Source: an uncultured Pseudomonadota bacterium | GTDB lineage: Bacteria; Pseudomonadota; Alphaproteobacteria; Rs-D84 | DNA: 64,000 nucleotides | Reading direction: 5' to 3' | Assembly (NCBI GenBank): GCA_902790415.1 | Contig: CADARU010000004.1 | Coordinates: 397 to 64,396, forward strand | Shown here: one piece after another, positions 30,220 through 39,348 of the stretch | How positions within the stretch are numbered: the stretch's first letter is position 1 | Layout of the letters: the number at the start of each line of letters is the position of its first letter | Made by a program: the position numbers and the translations under genes | The notes under the pieces: model-generated | Seen by the model: only the letters and a program-made list of their open reading frames with translations | What the model was told of the DNA's origin: nothing | Databases searched by the model: none

Positions 30220-33042
30220 TTGAAGAATTTACTGATTTTGGTGGCTTTTCTTGCCTGTTCGTTTAACGCAGTTGCGGCGGTGCGCACGCCTGCGCGTGGT
30301 TCTTCGGGGACAAATGCATCTGGGAACACGACGGTTTCTGCACGTGCGGCGGTGCGTGGTGCGCGCAGTGCGACAACCTCGAACGTGGCACCTGCAACGT
30401 CTGGGGCGGGGGCCGGTGCGGTGGTGCAACGTCGTGGCGCGCCTGCGGCGGCAACAACATCATCCGGTACAACGGTCGGGCGCAGTGCGACACCTGTAAA
30501 AACAACGGCGGCGCGTGCGGCAAAACAGAACGTTGTTGCAGGTGGGACCAAGGTTGCGTCTGCAGCGCAAAATACGTTGGTTGATGAAACCTGTCGCCAG
30601 AAATTTGATGGTTGTATGGATTCTTTTTGTATGATGGAAAATGCCAGTGGTGGCCGCTGTTTGTGCAGTGATAGAAACAAAGAATTAAACACGTTGTTGG
30701 CACAAATAGAACGTCTGGATGCACAAAGTTATAAAATGGCAACCGAAGGTGTCGAAAAAATCGAAATGGGTGAAAATGCCGATGCGGTAATGGCCAGTGC
30801 CAAGGCAATAACAAAATCTTTGGATGGTAAATCCGAAGAAGATTCAAAGACCAAACGTCGCAAATTAAACCTAGATGCGTGGAAAAACGTTTCTGTGGAT
30901 GAAGATTCTATTTTTGGTGAAGATGACGGTGAAAAACGTATAGAAGACCAGGAAGGCGATGCGTTGTTTGCGATGTCTTATGATTTGTGTGTTGCGCAGA
31001 TGCCGGAATGTTCGTCTAATTTTAGTATGTTGGGGTCGTTGTATCGTCAACGTGTGCGTTCTGATTGTACGGCATTTGAAAACAGTTTAAAGCAAAAACA
31101 AACAGAAAGCCAACAGAAGTTGGCCGCGGCCGAGGCCGCCATGCGCGAAGCCGCATTGGAACAATATAAATCTGCGAACAAGTATGATTTGGGACAATGC
31201 ACAATTCAATTCAAGCAATGTATGCAAACAACGGCCGGTTGTGGTGAAGATTTTACCGGGTGTGCCGGTTTGGCCGCGGCAGAAGAGGCGGTAACCAAGA
31301 AAAATACCAAGTCAAAAAAGGCGAAACAAACAACTATCCAGGGGACAGTGTCGTCTATTACTATTGCGGCGGCGACATTTGATACGTTGGAATCCAAGAA
31401 ACCGTTATGTATGGATGTAACCAAAAACTGTGTCAATGTTCGGGACCAGGTTTGGAATACCTTTTTGCGTGAGGTTGCGCCGGAATTAAAATCTGCGGAA
31501 TTATTGGCGGAATCTAATTTGCGTACGTCATGTATTGGTAATATTGCGCAGTGTTTTCAAAAGGCATGTAAAGATAATATTGATCCAAATGATGAAGAAG
31601 GGTCTTATGATATGTGTCTGTCGCGCCCAGAAACCGTAGAATCGCTGTGTAAGGTTGAAATACAACCATGTGTGGCCGCAGAACCCAAGATTATGGATTA
31701 TGTTCGTGCAAAGTTGGCATCTATGCGTGTTGATGCGTGCACCAAAGAGGTCAAAGATTGTTTACAGGATGAAAATCGCTGTGGCAAGGATTACGCGGGT
31801 TGTATCGGTTTAGATACGGACACAATCGTCCGTTTGTGCCCCCCCGAAAAATTGACCGCATGCTACCAAGAATATGGGGGTAAAAAATCTACTGTCGATG
31901 ATGCATTAACCCGCATGGTCGACGGCATATTCTTAAACATTGATAATTCAATATTAGACCAATGTCAAAAATTGGCCCAAAACAAGGTAATTGAAATATG
32001 TGGCTCGTTGTCAGAAACAGAATGTCAGGCGTTTTCTTCCGATGATTCTATTGGTACAGATTCCCTGTTATCTTATAAAGATAACAATGGTAACATAACA
32101 ATTGACGGTTTGTTAGATTTTAATGCTCTGACTTCAAAAGAAACGTCCAGTGCTAAAAATGGCATATTATACACAGTGGATGCAGATGCATATTTGCAAA
32201 AAATTAATCAAAGTGGTGCAGAATTTGCAACCCAAGAACGTATCAAGGCGGCAATTAATGGTGTAAAAAACAAAATTGATCAGCGGATAAAGTTGTTAAA
32301 TATGGACCCAAAAATTTCTATGTGTATTAACGGTCGTGATACATCGCAGTTGTCCAGAAATTCACAAAAGGCATCCAGTAATTTGGCAGAAAACGGTCGT
32401 ACAAATGCACGTTTCCCACATCTGTTGGACAGTTATCAATTAATGATTTTAAACGCAGGAATTTCCCAAGCCAACAAAAATTATTCCAAAAAGAAAGACA
32501 GTTTGGTCGCGGATGCGATAGAGTCGCGCAGCGATGATGAAAAGGCCGCAATTTGTGCCGCAATGGCAATTAACGAAGGTGCCGCGGTTTGTAAAGAATA
32601 CAAGGCAGACGATGGAGGTAACGCGGTTTGTACGAACTATGAGCCCAAGGCCCCTTTAAGCAATCTGTTTGTTGATAGCGATCAACAAATTGGCTTGGAT
32701 GCGTCCGGTACAAAAATGGTTATCCAAGGTGCAGACCTAGAAAAGAAATTAACGGCCATCACTAATGGTAAGGGCGAATTTATTCAAACAGATAAAGATG
32801 GAAATATGGTTGGCCGTATAAATATGACCGCCGCATATAGTGCCGATAACAACATCTGTAAAATTGTCACAGAAACAATTATGTGTAAAAACATAGAGGC
32901 CATTTTAACAGATGTGAAGAAATTAAAAACGAAAGATGAAAATGGTAACAAAATTAAAAAGAAAAAATATAAAGAATATCAGGGCTCTCAATGTACAGAA
33001 TTTGCAGACCCGATGATATCCAGTGATGAAATTAGATTATAG
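30220..33042 (+). CDS. Large secreted cysteine-rich protein (940 aa) with repeated C-x6-C-(M/L)-x3-4-CG-x2-(F/Y)-x2-C motifs
   Basis: TTG start 6 nt after SD GAGGG. Signal peptide (M)KNLLILVAFLACSFNAVAA. An R/A/T/S/G-rich low-complexity region is followed by multiple Cys motifs: TCRQKFDGCMDSFC, QCTIQFKQCMQTTAGCGEDFTGC and ACTKEVKDCLQDENRCGKDYAGC. Confidence 0.7.
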   Translation: MKNLLILVAFLACSFNAVAAVRTPARGSSGTNASGNTTVSARAAVRGARSATTSNVAPATSGAGAGAVVQRRGAPAAATTSSGTTVGRSATPVKTTAARAAKQNVVAGGTKVASAAQNTLVDETCRQKFDGCMDSFCMMENASGGRCLCSDRNKELNTLLAQIERLDAQSYKMATEGVEKIEMGENADAVMASAKAITKSLDGKSEEDSKTKRRKLNLDAWKNVSVDEDSIFGEDDGEKRIEDQEGDALFAMSYDLCVAQMPECSSNFSMLGSLYRQRVRSDCTAFENSLKQKQTESQQKLAAAEAAMREAALEQYKSANKYDLGQCTIQFKQCMQTTAGCGEDFTGCAGLAAAEEAVTKKNTKSKKAKQTTIQGTVSSITIAAATFDTLESKKPLCMDVTKNCVNVRDQVWNTFLREVAPELKSAELLAESNLRTSCIGNIAQCFQKACKDNIDPNDEEGSYDMCLSRPETVESLCKVEIQPCVAAEPKIMDYVRAKLASMRVDACTKEVKDCLQDENRCGKDYAGCIGLDTDTIVRLCPPEKLTACYQEYGGKKSTVDDALTRMVDGIFLNIDNSILDQCQKLAQNKVIEICGSLSETECQAFSSDDSIGTDSLLSYKDNNGNITIDGLLDFNALTSKETSSAKNGILYTVDADAYLQKINQSGAEFATQERIKAAINGVKNKIDQRIKLLNMDPKISMCINGRDTSQLSRNSQKASSNLAENGRTNARFPHLLDSYQLMILNAGISQANKNYSKKKDSLVADAIESRSDDEKAAICAAMAINEGAAVCKEYKADDGGNAVCTNYEPKAPLSNLFVDSDQQIGLDASGTKMVIQGADLEKKLTAITNGKGEFIQTDKDGNMVGRINMTAAYSADNNICKIVTETIMCKNIEAILTDVKKLKTKDENGNKIKKKKYKEYQGSQCTEFADPMISSDEIRL
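31824..31946 (+). repeat. Recombination handle, copy 1 (inside the 940-aa gene)
   Basis: 123 nt with 117/123 identity to the reverse complement of 34524..34646, including perfect runs of 50 and 44 nt. All six differences are synonymous third-position changes. Confidence 0.9.
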
Positions 33043-33081
33043 AACCAAAAACGCGCCTATTGGCGCGTTTTTGGTTCTATA
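33038..33081. terminator. Bidirectional terminator between the convergent 940-aa and 504-aa ORFs
   Basis: Perfect palindrome tatagaaccaaaaacgcgcc-tat-tggcgcgtttttggttctata. Confidence 0.8.
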
Positions 33082-33103
33082 ATGTTTATGCACCTTTGTT
33101 ACC

Positions 33104-34654
33104 CTAGGCATTGCCGTGGTTACTTGACCCACCACCGGTTCCAGACGAACTACTGCCCCCCCCACTTCCATTTTTCTTTGGTTTCGGCTCTCGTTTAGGT
33201 TTATTATTATTATTGTTGTTGCTGTTAATATTGGTATCACCATTACCAACAGCGGACTGACCTCCATCTTTGCTTGCGGAACCGCTACCTACATTAGAAA
33301 CACTGCTGTTATCAATATTACCACGATTACCGATGCTGCCAATGGATGCCCCACCAAAACCAAGACTGGTACTTTTGCTGTTATCGACACTGCTGTTATC
33401 AACATAGTTGGATGTCAAATTTGAACGTGTTATGTTACCAGCAATGACCTCGCCCGATGACATGTTAATTAACTGTTCGGTAACAATTGGCTCTTGGAAA
33501 CTGTTACACACAGACCCCTTGTAATTTGTTACCGATGTGCCAACGTTAACACCACCGCCAATACCGGCGTATTCTGCTTGAACCCCAACATCAACACTTT
33601 TTCCATCGGAAACAGTTGTCATTGCCGCACATGCATATATCGTACGTGTTATACGACAAACCTTTGGACCGGCCTCGTATGCGGCCGAAACCGTTTCTTT
33701 GCCCACCATGGTTTCTTCGTCTTCTATTTGTCTTCTTTTATCGACACGACGCGGAACCTCTTTTAATGCAGACGAAATTTTTGCGGTCAGCACACGTTCG
33801 GTTGTATTCTTTTGTTTTAATGCCTCTAATAAATCACTGCTGTCTGGGCCACCAGAAATAGATACCTGACAATCGGTTGGAACGACATTGGAACGCGTTG
33901 CAGATTCACCCATGGTGATGCTATCAAAATCATCAACCAGCGCCAGACGATTACAATAAATGGTGTTTTTGTAATCTTCAGCCGCATTTTTTCCTTCGTT
34001 TGTCGCGTTCACAAACATTTCTGTATATTTGGTATTATAATTGGTTTCTGCGGCGCTTAGTATAGAATCCGCAATAATCGCAGAATAATTATCCAACAGA
34101 TGCGGAAAACGTGCGGCAGTGCGTTTCTTGGACCCTGTGATTTGTCGCATATCACGTCCCGTTACACACATATTAACGGTTGGGTCGGCCAACAATACAT
34201 CAAATTTGCGTTTTATTGTATTAAATATTCCTTGTAATGTGGCAGATTTACCGTTACCGTTGGGACACACATCATAACTGTTTAAATCAATATTGTAATA
34301 TTCAATCGGATTTTTATCAGATGAATTTGACACCAAATCTAATTTAACTTTGCCAAATGTTACCAAACCATCAATGATAGTTGTACCTCTTGAATTCGTA
34401 TAGGACCGCAAAGATTCTACCCCTAAATTAGGGTCATCTGTAACAGATATACATGCGGTTTCATCGCCACAAATTTCAACAAATTTTTTACGTGCGGCAT
34501 TTTGACAGGCCGTTAACATACTGTTATCGATGTTTAAGAATATGCCGTCGACCATGCGGGTTAATGCATCATCAACGGTGGATTTTTTACCCCCATATTC
34601 TTGGTAGCATGCGGTCAATTTTTCGGGGGGACATAAACGGACGATTTTGACCCG
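33104..34654 (-). CDS. 5'-truncated paralog of the C-terminal half of the 940-aa protein (promoterless, no signal peptide; candidate silent cassette)
   Basis: The frame is open from just after an in-frame TAG (34655..34657). There is no ATG and no SD; the ORF-track start at 34618 is a TTG that corresponds to an internal Leu of the paralog. The first 41 aa (IVRLCPPEKLTACYQEYGGKKSTVDDALTRMVDGIFLNIDNS) are identical to residues within the 940-aa protein. Beyond that, similarity is only distant (FPHLLD, ICG, IDGL). The C-terminus is a low-complexity N/S/G tail. Confidence 0.55.
   Translation of the reverse strand, partial: RVKIVRLCPPEKLTACYQEYGGKKSTVDDALTRMVDGIFLNIDNSMLTACQNAARKKFVEICGDETACISVTDDPNLGVESLRSYTNSRGTTIIDGLVTFGKVKLDLVSNSSDKNPIEYYNIDLNSYDVCPNGNGKSATLQGIFNTIKRKFDVLLADPTVNMCVTGRDMRQITGSKKRTAARFPHLLDNYSAIIADSILSAAETNYNTKYTEMFVNATNEGKNAAEDYKNTIYCNRLALVDDFDSITMGESATRSNVVPTDCQVSISGGPDSSDLLEALKQKNTTERVLTAKISSALKEVPRRVDKRRQIEDEETMVGKETVSAAYEAGPKVCRITRTIYACAAMTTVSDGKSVDVGVQAEYAGIGGGVNVGTSVTNYKGSVCNSFQEPIVTEQLINMSSGEVIAGNITRSNLTSNYVDNSSVDNSKSTSLGFGGASIGSIGNRGNIDNSSVSNVGSGSASKDGGQSAVGNGDTNINSNNNNNNKPKREPKPKKNGSGGGSSSSGTGGGSSNHGNA
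34524..34646 (-). repeat. Recombination handle, copy 2 (5' end of the truncated cassette)
   Basis: Inverted copy of 31824..31946. Similarity stops abruptly at 34646/34647, 3 codons downstream of the in-frame stop codon that opens the frame. Confidence 0.9.
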
Positions 34655-34807
34655 CTAAAATTTTGAAAAATTTTTTTCAGGTTTTCTGCGGTGTTGCCGG
34701 CGATTATATAGGGTTACGGCCGATTTTAAAAAATTCCGGATTTCCAGGCTTTTTATATTCTAATGAAAAATACGTATAATTTGCATAATAATTACGGAAT
34801 GTAAAAT

Positions 34808-34837
34808 AAAAAAATGCCCGAATTTTCGGGCATTTTT
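34808..34837. terminator. Bidirectional rho-independent terminator downstream of the 768-aa gene
   Basis: aaaaaaatgcccg-aatttt-cgggcattttt. Confidence 0.8.
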
Positions 34838-34861
34838 GGACACCTTGTGTTTCTATTGTTT

Positions 34862-37168
34862 CTAGCGTGTTGTTGCGCCCTGGGTTCCAGAACCGCCTGT
34901 TCCTGGGGTTGATGTCGGGCATGTGGCATCATTGTCGACAATGCCATAACGTTTTGCGGTGGTCATATTGATACCGCATGTTGCGCCGTTCATTCTGCAT
35001 GCAGACACAACTTCACGTGGGGTATAGATATTTTCAGGCATATATCCAACCGTTGCATTCGTACATTCATCGGCACTGGTAAATGTTTTGCAAATTGCAT
35101 CCCAGTTACCACAGTTCGTTACAATCAGTGCAGATGAACTGGCCGGTGTTTTCGGAACCTGTAATGCCCATTTGACATAGAAATCACGCAGACGGTCAAT
35201 AGTGTATGATTTATTCAACTCTACGCGATCCAAATCATCACCAACGCGACAGTTGATTCTGTTCTTTTCAACGAACGCGGTAATCAACGTTGCGGTTCCG
35301 CCGGCCGCTGCACCAGATGCCGCACCAATCGCGGTTGTTTTTGCACGATTGTCTTTGGTGCCGGCAAATACACTATCCAATCCTGCAAATGCGGTGCGAA
35401 TCTTATTTACCTCGTTTTCAAAGTCACTCTTGATAATACAGTTGTGATCAGATGCTTCGCAATATACACTGTCAGAATCTTTGATTGCCTGGTTCAGTTC
35501 TTTGAAACTGCAACGTGGAGACAAGGTTTCGTGAATGTCTGGATTTGCCACAACCCTGGAATCAATTTCAATTTTGAAAGGAACCTTGGTTTGATAATTA
35601 AGTATCTCGCATTTACAGCTTTTTTCATTGGTGCATTGGTTCATTGTTTCTGTGCATTTTTTGATTATTTCATCAGTTACAGAAACCCCGTATGTTTCGC
35701 ACTGTCCGGCCAAATAGCGTTCAGTATTCAAATCTAAGACAACACCATAGGTACGTGCGGTGTCTTCGCAATTTTTGATTGCTTCTTGGCCATCGTTACC
35801 AATTTCGTACAATGTACGTAATTGTTCGCATGCATCTTTGTTTATAATTGCGCCAGTACTGGTTAAATTGCCACTGTCTAATTCTTGTGCGACATCAGAA
35901 ATAGCATGGTCTTTTAAGAATTGACGTAATACACCGATGTTTTTGCTGTCGCGCAACGCATGCGTCAAATCGCGACGTTGTTTTTCATCGCCACAATCAA
36001 ACTCAGATGCCTTGTGTCCAGCCGCAAAACCAATTCCGGCACCAACCGCTGTTCCAACCGGAACTGCGATAATCGCCGCCTTTTTGGTGTCGTTCATCAA
36101 CGAGAACCCGAACAAATCTTTGTTACATGTAAAGGTTTCGCCGGTTGCGCGCCATACCTGGGCAGGACCCTTGTCGCCAATTCCAAATACGTCATTGGTG
36201 ATTAATTTATCTTTGTTATATGCCGCGACACGCAATAAACATTGTGCGTTTTGGGCATCCCAACGCGCATAGTATCCACGATTTGCATCGTATGTGCCGT
36301 TGGTGTTGACTTCTGCGCCTTGGGGGTTAGGTTTTATCAGTGGCGCATCTTTATCTTTGGGTTTCTGACTGTTGTATGCGGCAACCGCTTGTGCATACTC
36401 AGAATTAGTATTATCTAACTTGCCAACTGCATTAAATGATGCACCATACGTGTTGCGATCTAACAATAAACAAGTGTTTTCCGCCTGGATAGGGGTAAGA
36501 CCGGTTCTGCTTAATACAAATGCATAGTACGCAGGTTGAACGCGACGTGCGTTAAAGTCCAACCATACATCACGTGCAGATTGGTACATTGGGACACAAC
36601 CGCTGTTATCGCTCTTGGGTAATTTTACGTTAGATATACAGTATTCAACCTGGCTGATACACAAATTCATACCATTAAATATAGATTCACGTAATTCTGC
36701 ATCAAACATAGAATTTATACCGTTCGGCAATGCGCCGCTGTTAACACAGGCCGCAATATCCGCCATACAAGAATCCACCGTATAACTAAGGTCACACAAA
36801 CCGTTTGGTGTCGGATTCGGGTTCGGATTAGGATTCGGACCAGGATTCGGATCAGGATTTGGGTTCGGATTAGGATTAGGGTTTGGGTTAATCGGTTCCG
36901 GTGTTGTCGGAACTTCGTTTATAGTATTAATCTCGTTACCATTAGACGGTAATTTATTGCCAATAACATTTAATGGTAAAATCGGCATAGAAGGCATACG
37001 TTGTACATTGGTTGCACCACGACCCTGATTTTGATTATTAGATGCGCCGCCGCGTGCCGCACTTGTTGTCGCACCACCACGCGGAGAGTCCGCAAAAGCG
37101 ACACATGTGAACATTAAAACAGCCAGGCTAACCACACTCTTTTCCAATGTTTTCAGCAGAATATGCAT
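34862..37168 (-). CDS. Large secreted cysteine-rich protein (768 aa) with (PN)n linker and two Gly-zipper-like segments
   Basis: Strong SD AAGGAGG. Signal peptide ...VVSLAVLMFTCVAFA, an R/G/S/T-rich segment, INPNPNPNPNPNPDPNPGPNPNPNPNP, Cys motif CDLSYTVDSCMADIAAC, and G/A-rich segments AVPVGTAVGAGIGFAAG and AIGAASGAAAGGTATLITAF. Confidence 0.7.
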   Translation of the reverse strand: MHILLKTLEKSVVSLAVLMFTCVAFADSPRGGATTSAARGGASNNQNQGRGATNVQRMPSMPILPLNVIGNKLPSNGNEINTINEVPTTPEPINPNPNPNPNPNPDPNPGPNPNPNPNPTPNGLCDLSYTVDSCMADIAACVNSGALPNGINSMFDAELRESIFNGMNLCISQVEYCISNVKLPKSDNSGCVPMYQSARDVWLDFNARRVQPAYYAFVLSRTGLTPIQAENTCLLLDRNTYGASFNAVGKLDNTNSEYAQAVAAYNSQKPKDKDAPLIKPNPQGAEVNTNGTYDANRGYYARWDAQNAQCLLRVAAYNKDKLITNDVFGIGDKGPAQVWRATGETFTCNKDLFGFSLMNDTKKAAIIAVPVGTAVGAGIGFAAGHKASEFDCGDEKQRRDLTHALRDSKNIGVLRQFLKDHAISDVAQELDSGNLTSTGAIINKDACEQLRTLYEIGNDGQEAIKNCEDTARTYGVVLDLNTERYLAGQCETYGVSVTDEIIKKCTETMNQCTNEKSCKCEILNYQTKVPFKIEIDSRVVANPDIHETLSPRCSFKELNQAIKDSDSVYCEASDHNCIIKSDFENEVNKIRTAFAGLDSVFAGTKDNRAKTTAIGAASGAAAGGTATLITAFVEKNRINCRVGDDLDRVELNKSYTIDRLRDFYVKWALQVPKTPASSSALIVTNCGNWDAICKTFTSADECTNATVGYMPENIYTPREVVSACRMNGATCGINMTTAKRYGIVDNDATCPTSTPGTGGSGTQGATTR
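36808..36892 (-). repeat. Hexanucleotide (GGATTN/GGGTTN)n tandem repeat encoding (Pro-Asn)n
   Basis: The plus strand reads gtgtcggattcgggttcggattaggattcggaccaggattcggatcaggatttgggttcggattaggattagggtttgggtt. Confidence 0.85.
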
Positions 37169-37194
37169 GAAAAATCCTCCTTTCTATCTTTGGC

Positions 37195-37203
37195 ATTATA
37201 TCA
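37195..37203 (-). promoter_or_regulatory. Extended -10 element (TGATATAAT) for the 768-aa gene
   Basis: The reverse strand reads ttattgTGaTATAATgcc about 25 nt upstream of the SD/ATG. Confidence 0.45.
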
Positions 37204-37268
37204 CAATAACGAACATTATAAAAGACATTTTTAAATATTTTTTAATTTTTTATTCTTAATTTTGTTGA

Positions 37269-37296
37269 TTGACAGATAAAAATAAATGTCTATAAT
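37269..37296 (+). promoter_or_regulatory. Consensus sigma70 promoter for the 382-aa membrane-protein gene (possibly giving a leaderless mRNA)
   Basis: TTGACA (37269..37274), a 16-nt spacer, then TATAAT (37291..37296). The -10 overlaps the first ATG of the ORF (37286). The next ATG (37304) lies 7 nt after the -10. Confidence 0.55.
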
Positions 37297-37303
37297 ATAT
37301 AGT

Positions 37304-38434
37304 ATGAACAAGATAAAGAATTTTTTTAAATCTTATGCTCTGGTGATTACCTGGACGGTTTGCTATGCCGTAATGGTATGGGCAGTTTTACGTTTCTTGT
37401 TTAATTTTGATATTTTTGTTTTGCATAATTGGGTGCGTTTAACAGGATTTCATTTGCGTGGTTTCGCAGGGTTGGTTTTCGGGATGTTTATATTGGCGGC
37501 GGTGCCATTGTATTTTGCAACCACGGTGGTTGTGGCACGAACAAAAACCGCCCCTGTGCCGTTTAAAATCCCGTTACCGCGTTGGTTAAAGGCGGAACCT
37601 GCGCCGGTTACAAAAGAAGATGTTGTTGTGGAATCAAGACCGGAACGCGAAGAAATTGTTCTGCCGGCGGGGGCTCCAAAGGAAATGCGTGAAGGTTTTA
37701 TTCGTGCACGCAGAAACGCCAGTGCGCACCAATATTCGGTATTTAATAAACCAGAGGTTGATAAAGAGGTTGCAGATACCAAAGCAAAAAATGTTGTTAA
37801 TGATGTGGAATCTGGGACACAGAACGCGCAATCTGATGCGATGTCTGCGCAAAAGCGTGCCGTTATTGCCGCCGCACCAAAAAATAATTTGCGTAGAAAA
37901 AGTCAAGATTTGGTTCACGATACCCCAAATGGCTTGCCTTTGCCGGACAGTTTTGATATAGATTCCGGGGCCGAGGTTAATTTTGGCGCGCCAGTGTTTT
38001 CTGATATAAATTTTGATGATGATGAAGATTCTGGTGAAAAGGAAGTTGCCGAGGATAAAAAATCTGGGGCAGGGGATGCGCCAAAAAAATCAAATGCAAA
38101 TAAAGATTTTGTAAAGTATCTAAAAAAATGCGGGCAAAAAGCCAAGTATCAAAATGGATTATATCTGTCGGATAAATTTGTGATTGCATTGCATGATGAC
38201 GATGATTTGTGGATTGCAGATGATATAGATTGGTTTGCCGCAGGCAAGCAAAAACCATCACCAATTGCGGCATTAAAAAATGCACAGACACAATACGATG
38301 TTACACCAATTTTGTTCTTGGATAACGCGAATATAATGGACGGTGATACGTTAATAGACACATGGCGTAACGACGGTATAATGGTTGCACAAAGTACCGA
38401 TGAATTAGAAGAAATCTTGAAGGTTGCAGAATAA
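37304..38434 (+). CDS. Membrane protein, unknown function (N-terminal TM helices, acidic disordered middle, globular C-terminal domain)
   Basis: ORF 37286..38434, with the start moved to 37304 because the promoter -10 covers the first ATG. TM segments are YALVITWTVCYAVMVWAVL and GLVFGMFILAAVPLYFATTVVVA. Confidence 0.6.
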   Translation: MNKIKNFFKSYALVITWTVCYAVMVWAVLRFLFNFDIFVLHNWVRLTGFHLRGFAGLVFGMFILAAVPLYFATTVVVARTKTAPVPFKIPLPRWLKAEPAPVTKEDVVVESRPEREEIVLPAGAPKEMREGFIRARRNASAHQYSVFNKPEVDKEVADTKAKNVVNDVESGTQNAQSDAMSAQKRAVIAAAPKNNLRRKSQDLVHDTPNGLPLPDSFDIDSGAEVNFGAPVFSDINFDDDEDSGEKEVAEDKKSGAGDAPKKSNANKDFVKYLKKCGQKAKYQNGLYLSDKFVIALHDDDDLWIADDIDWFAAGKQKPSPIAALKNAQTQYDVTPILFLDNANIMDGDTLIDTWRNDGIMVAQSTDELEEILKVAE

Positions 38435-38437
38435 TTT

Positions 38438-39334
38438 TTATGGTATATCAACCAGACATTCTTTGACTTCTTTGCCTGTGTTGGTATCGGTTCCGGTGGT
38501 TGCCCAAATTGCGCGAACACCGACACGTGTGCTGTCTTTTGAACTTTTTTGTATTTCGGACAAGAATCGGTCGTAATCTTCGCACAGTTCTTCACTTTTC
38601 ACACCGACACAATTGTAATATTCTGGTTTTGATGGGTGTTGTCGCCAATTTGAACCATATCCATGATAGCAATAAAGTTCTGCTTTCTTTTCTGGGGTAA
38701 AATCTGTATCGGATAAATCTGTTACGACCCAACCATATACACGTTCACCATTGGTTTTACCATTGTTAATTGTATAATTTATAACCGCAAGATTTGGTGC
38801 ATTATACATTTGTTTGTTCCAAAATTCTTTTGTAATTTTGTATTGGCCATTGAACAGATTGCCCCACATTGTACGACCGTATTCTTGTATCATTGCTTTG
38901 TCGGCGGCACCGGCCTTGGAAAAAGGTCCCATGCACCATTGTGGAACCCTGACGGTATTATTATTTTCATCGCGGACCAGTTTTCCATTGGTAACGATTT
39001 GATTTGTATATTTTGTGCCACCTTCGGTTATTTCGGTATCCAGTTTTTGTTTGCATGGTTCTTTTGGGGCAACATAGGGTTTGCCGGCCAGTGTTACATC
39101 AGGGCATTTATGATTAGGGTAAACAAAGAAATATGGTTGCTGTGAATTATGGGTACTGTCTTCTGTGCTTTTATGCCAATTTTTGTATTTGTTATATATT
39201 TCTAATTCTTCACCGCTTAAATTGCTCTGACCTTTGGTCATAATATCGCATACATCTTGTCTTGATACCAAGGCATTCGCCACAGGGCAAAAACCAAACA
39301 AGATTAAAAATGTATAAATAAAACAATTCTTCAT
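38438..39334 (-). CDS. Secreted protein, unknown function (last gene of a 4-gene operon)
   Basis: Signal peptide MKNCFIYTFLILFGFCPVANA and scattered Cys residues. The SD lies within the 14-nt gap to the upstream gene. Confidence 0.6.
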   Translation of the reverse strand: MKNCFIYTFLILFGFCPVANALVSRQDVCDIMTKGQSNLSGEELEIYNKYKNWHKSTEDSTHNSQQPYFFVYPNHKCPDVTLAGKPYVAPKEPCKQKLDTEITEGGTKYTNQIVTNGKLVRDENNNTVRVPQWCMGPFSKAGAADKAMIQEYGRTMWGNLFNGQYKITKEFWNKQMYNAPNLAVINYTINNGKTNGERVYGWVVTDLSDTDFTPEKKAELYCYHGYGSNWRQHPSKPEYYNCVGVKSEELCEDYDRFLSEIQKSSKDSTRVGVRAIWATTGTDTNTGKEVKECLVDIP

Positions 39335-39348
39335 TATTTTAATCCTTG

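Noticed and set aside
30204-30847. Two long minus-strand ORFs (162 and 194 aa) and one plus-strand ORF (30251..30499) over the start of the 940-aa gene
   Set aside because: They are by-products of the locally GC-rich, stop-poor low-complexity region. The plus-strand frame with a signal peptide and SD explains the region.
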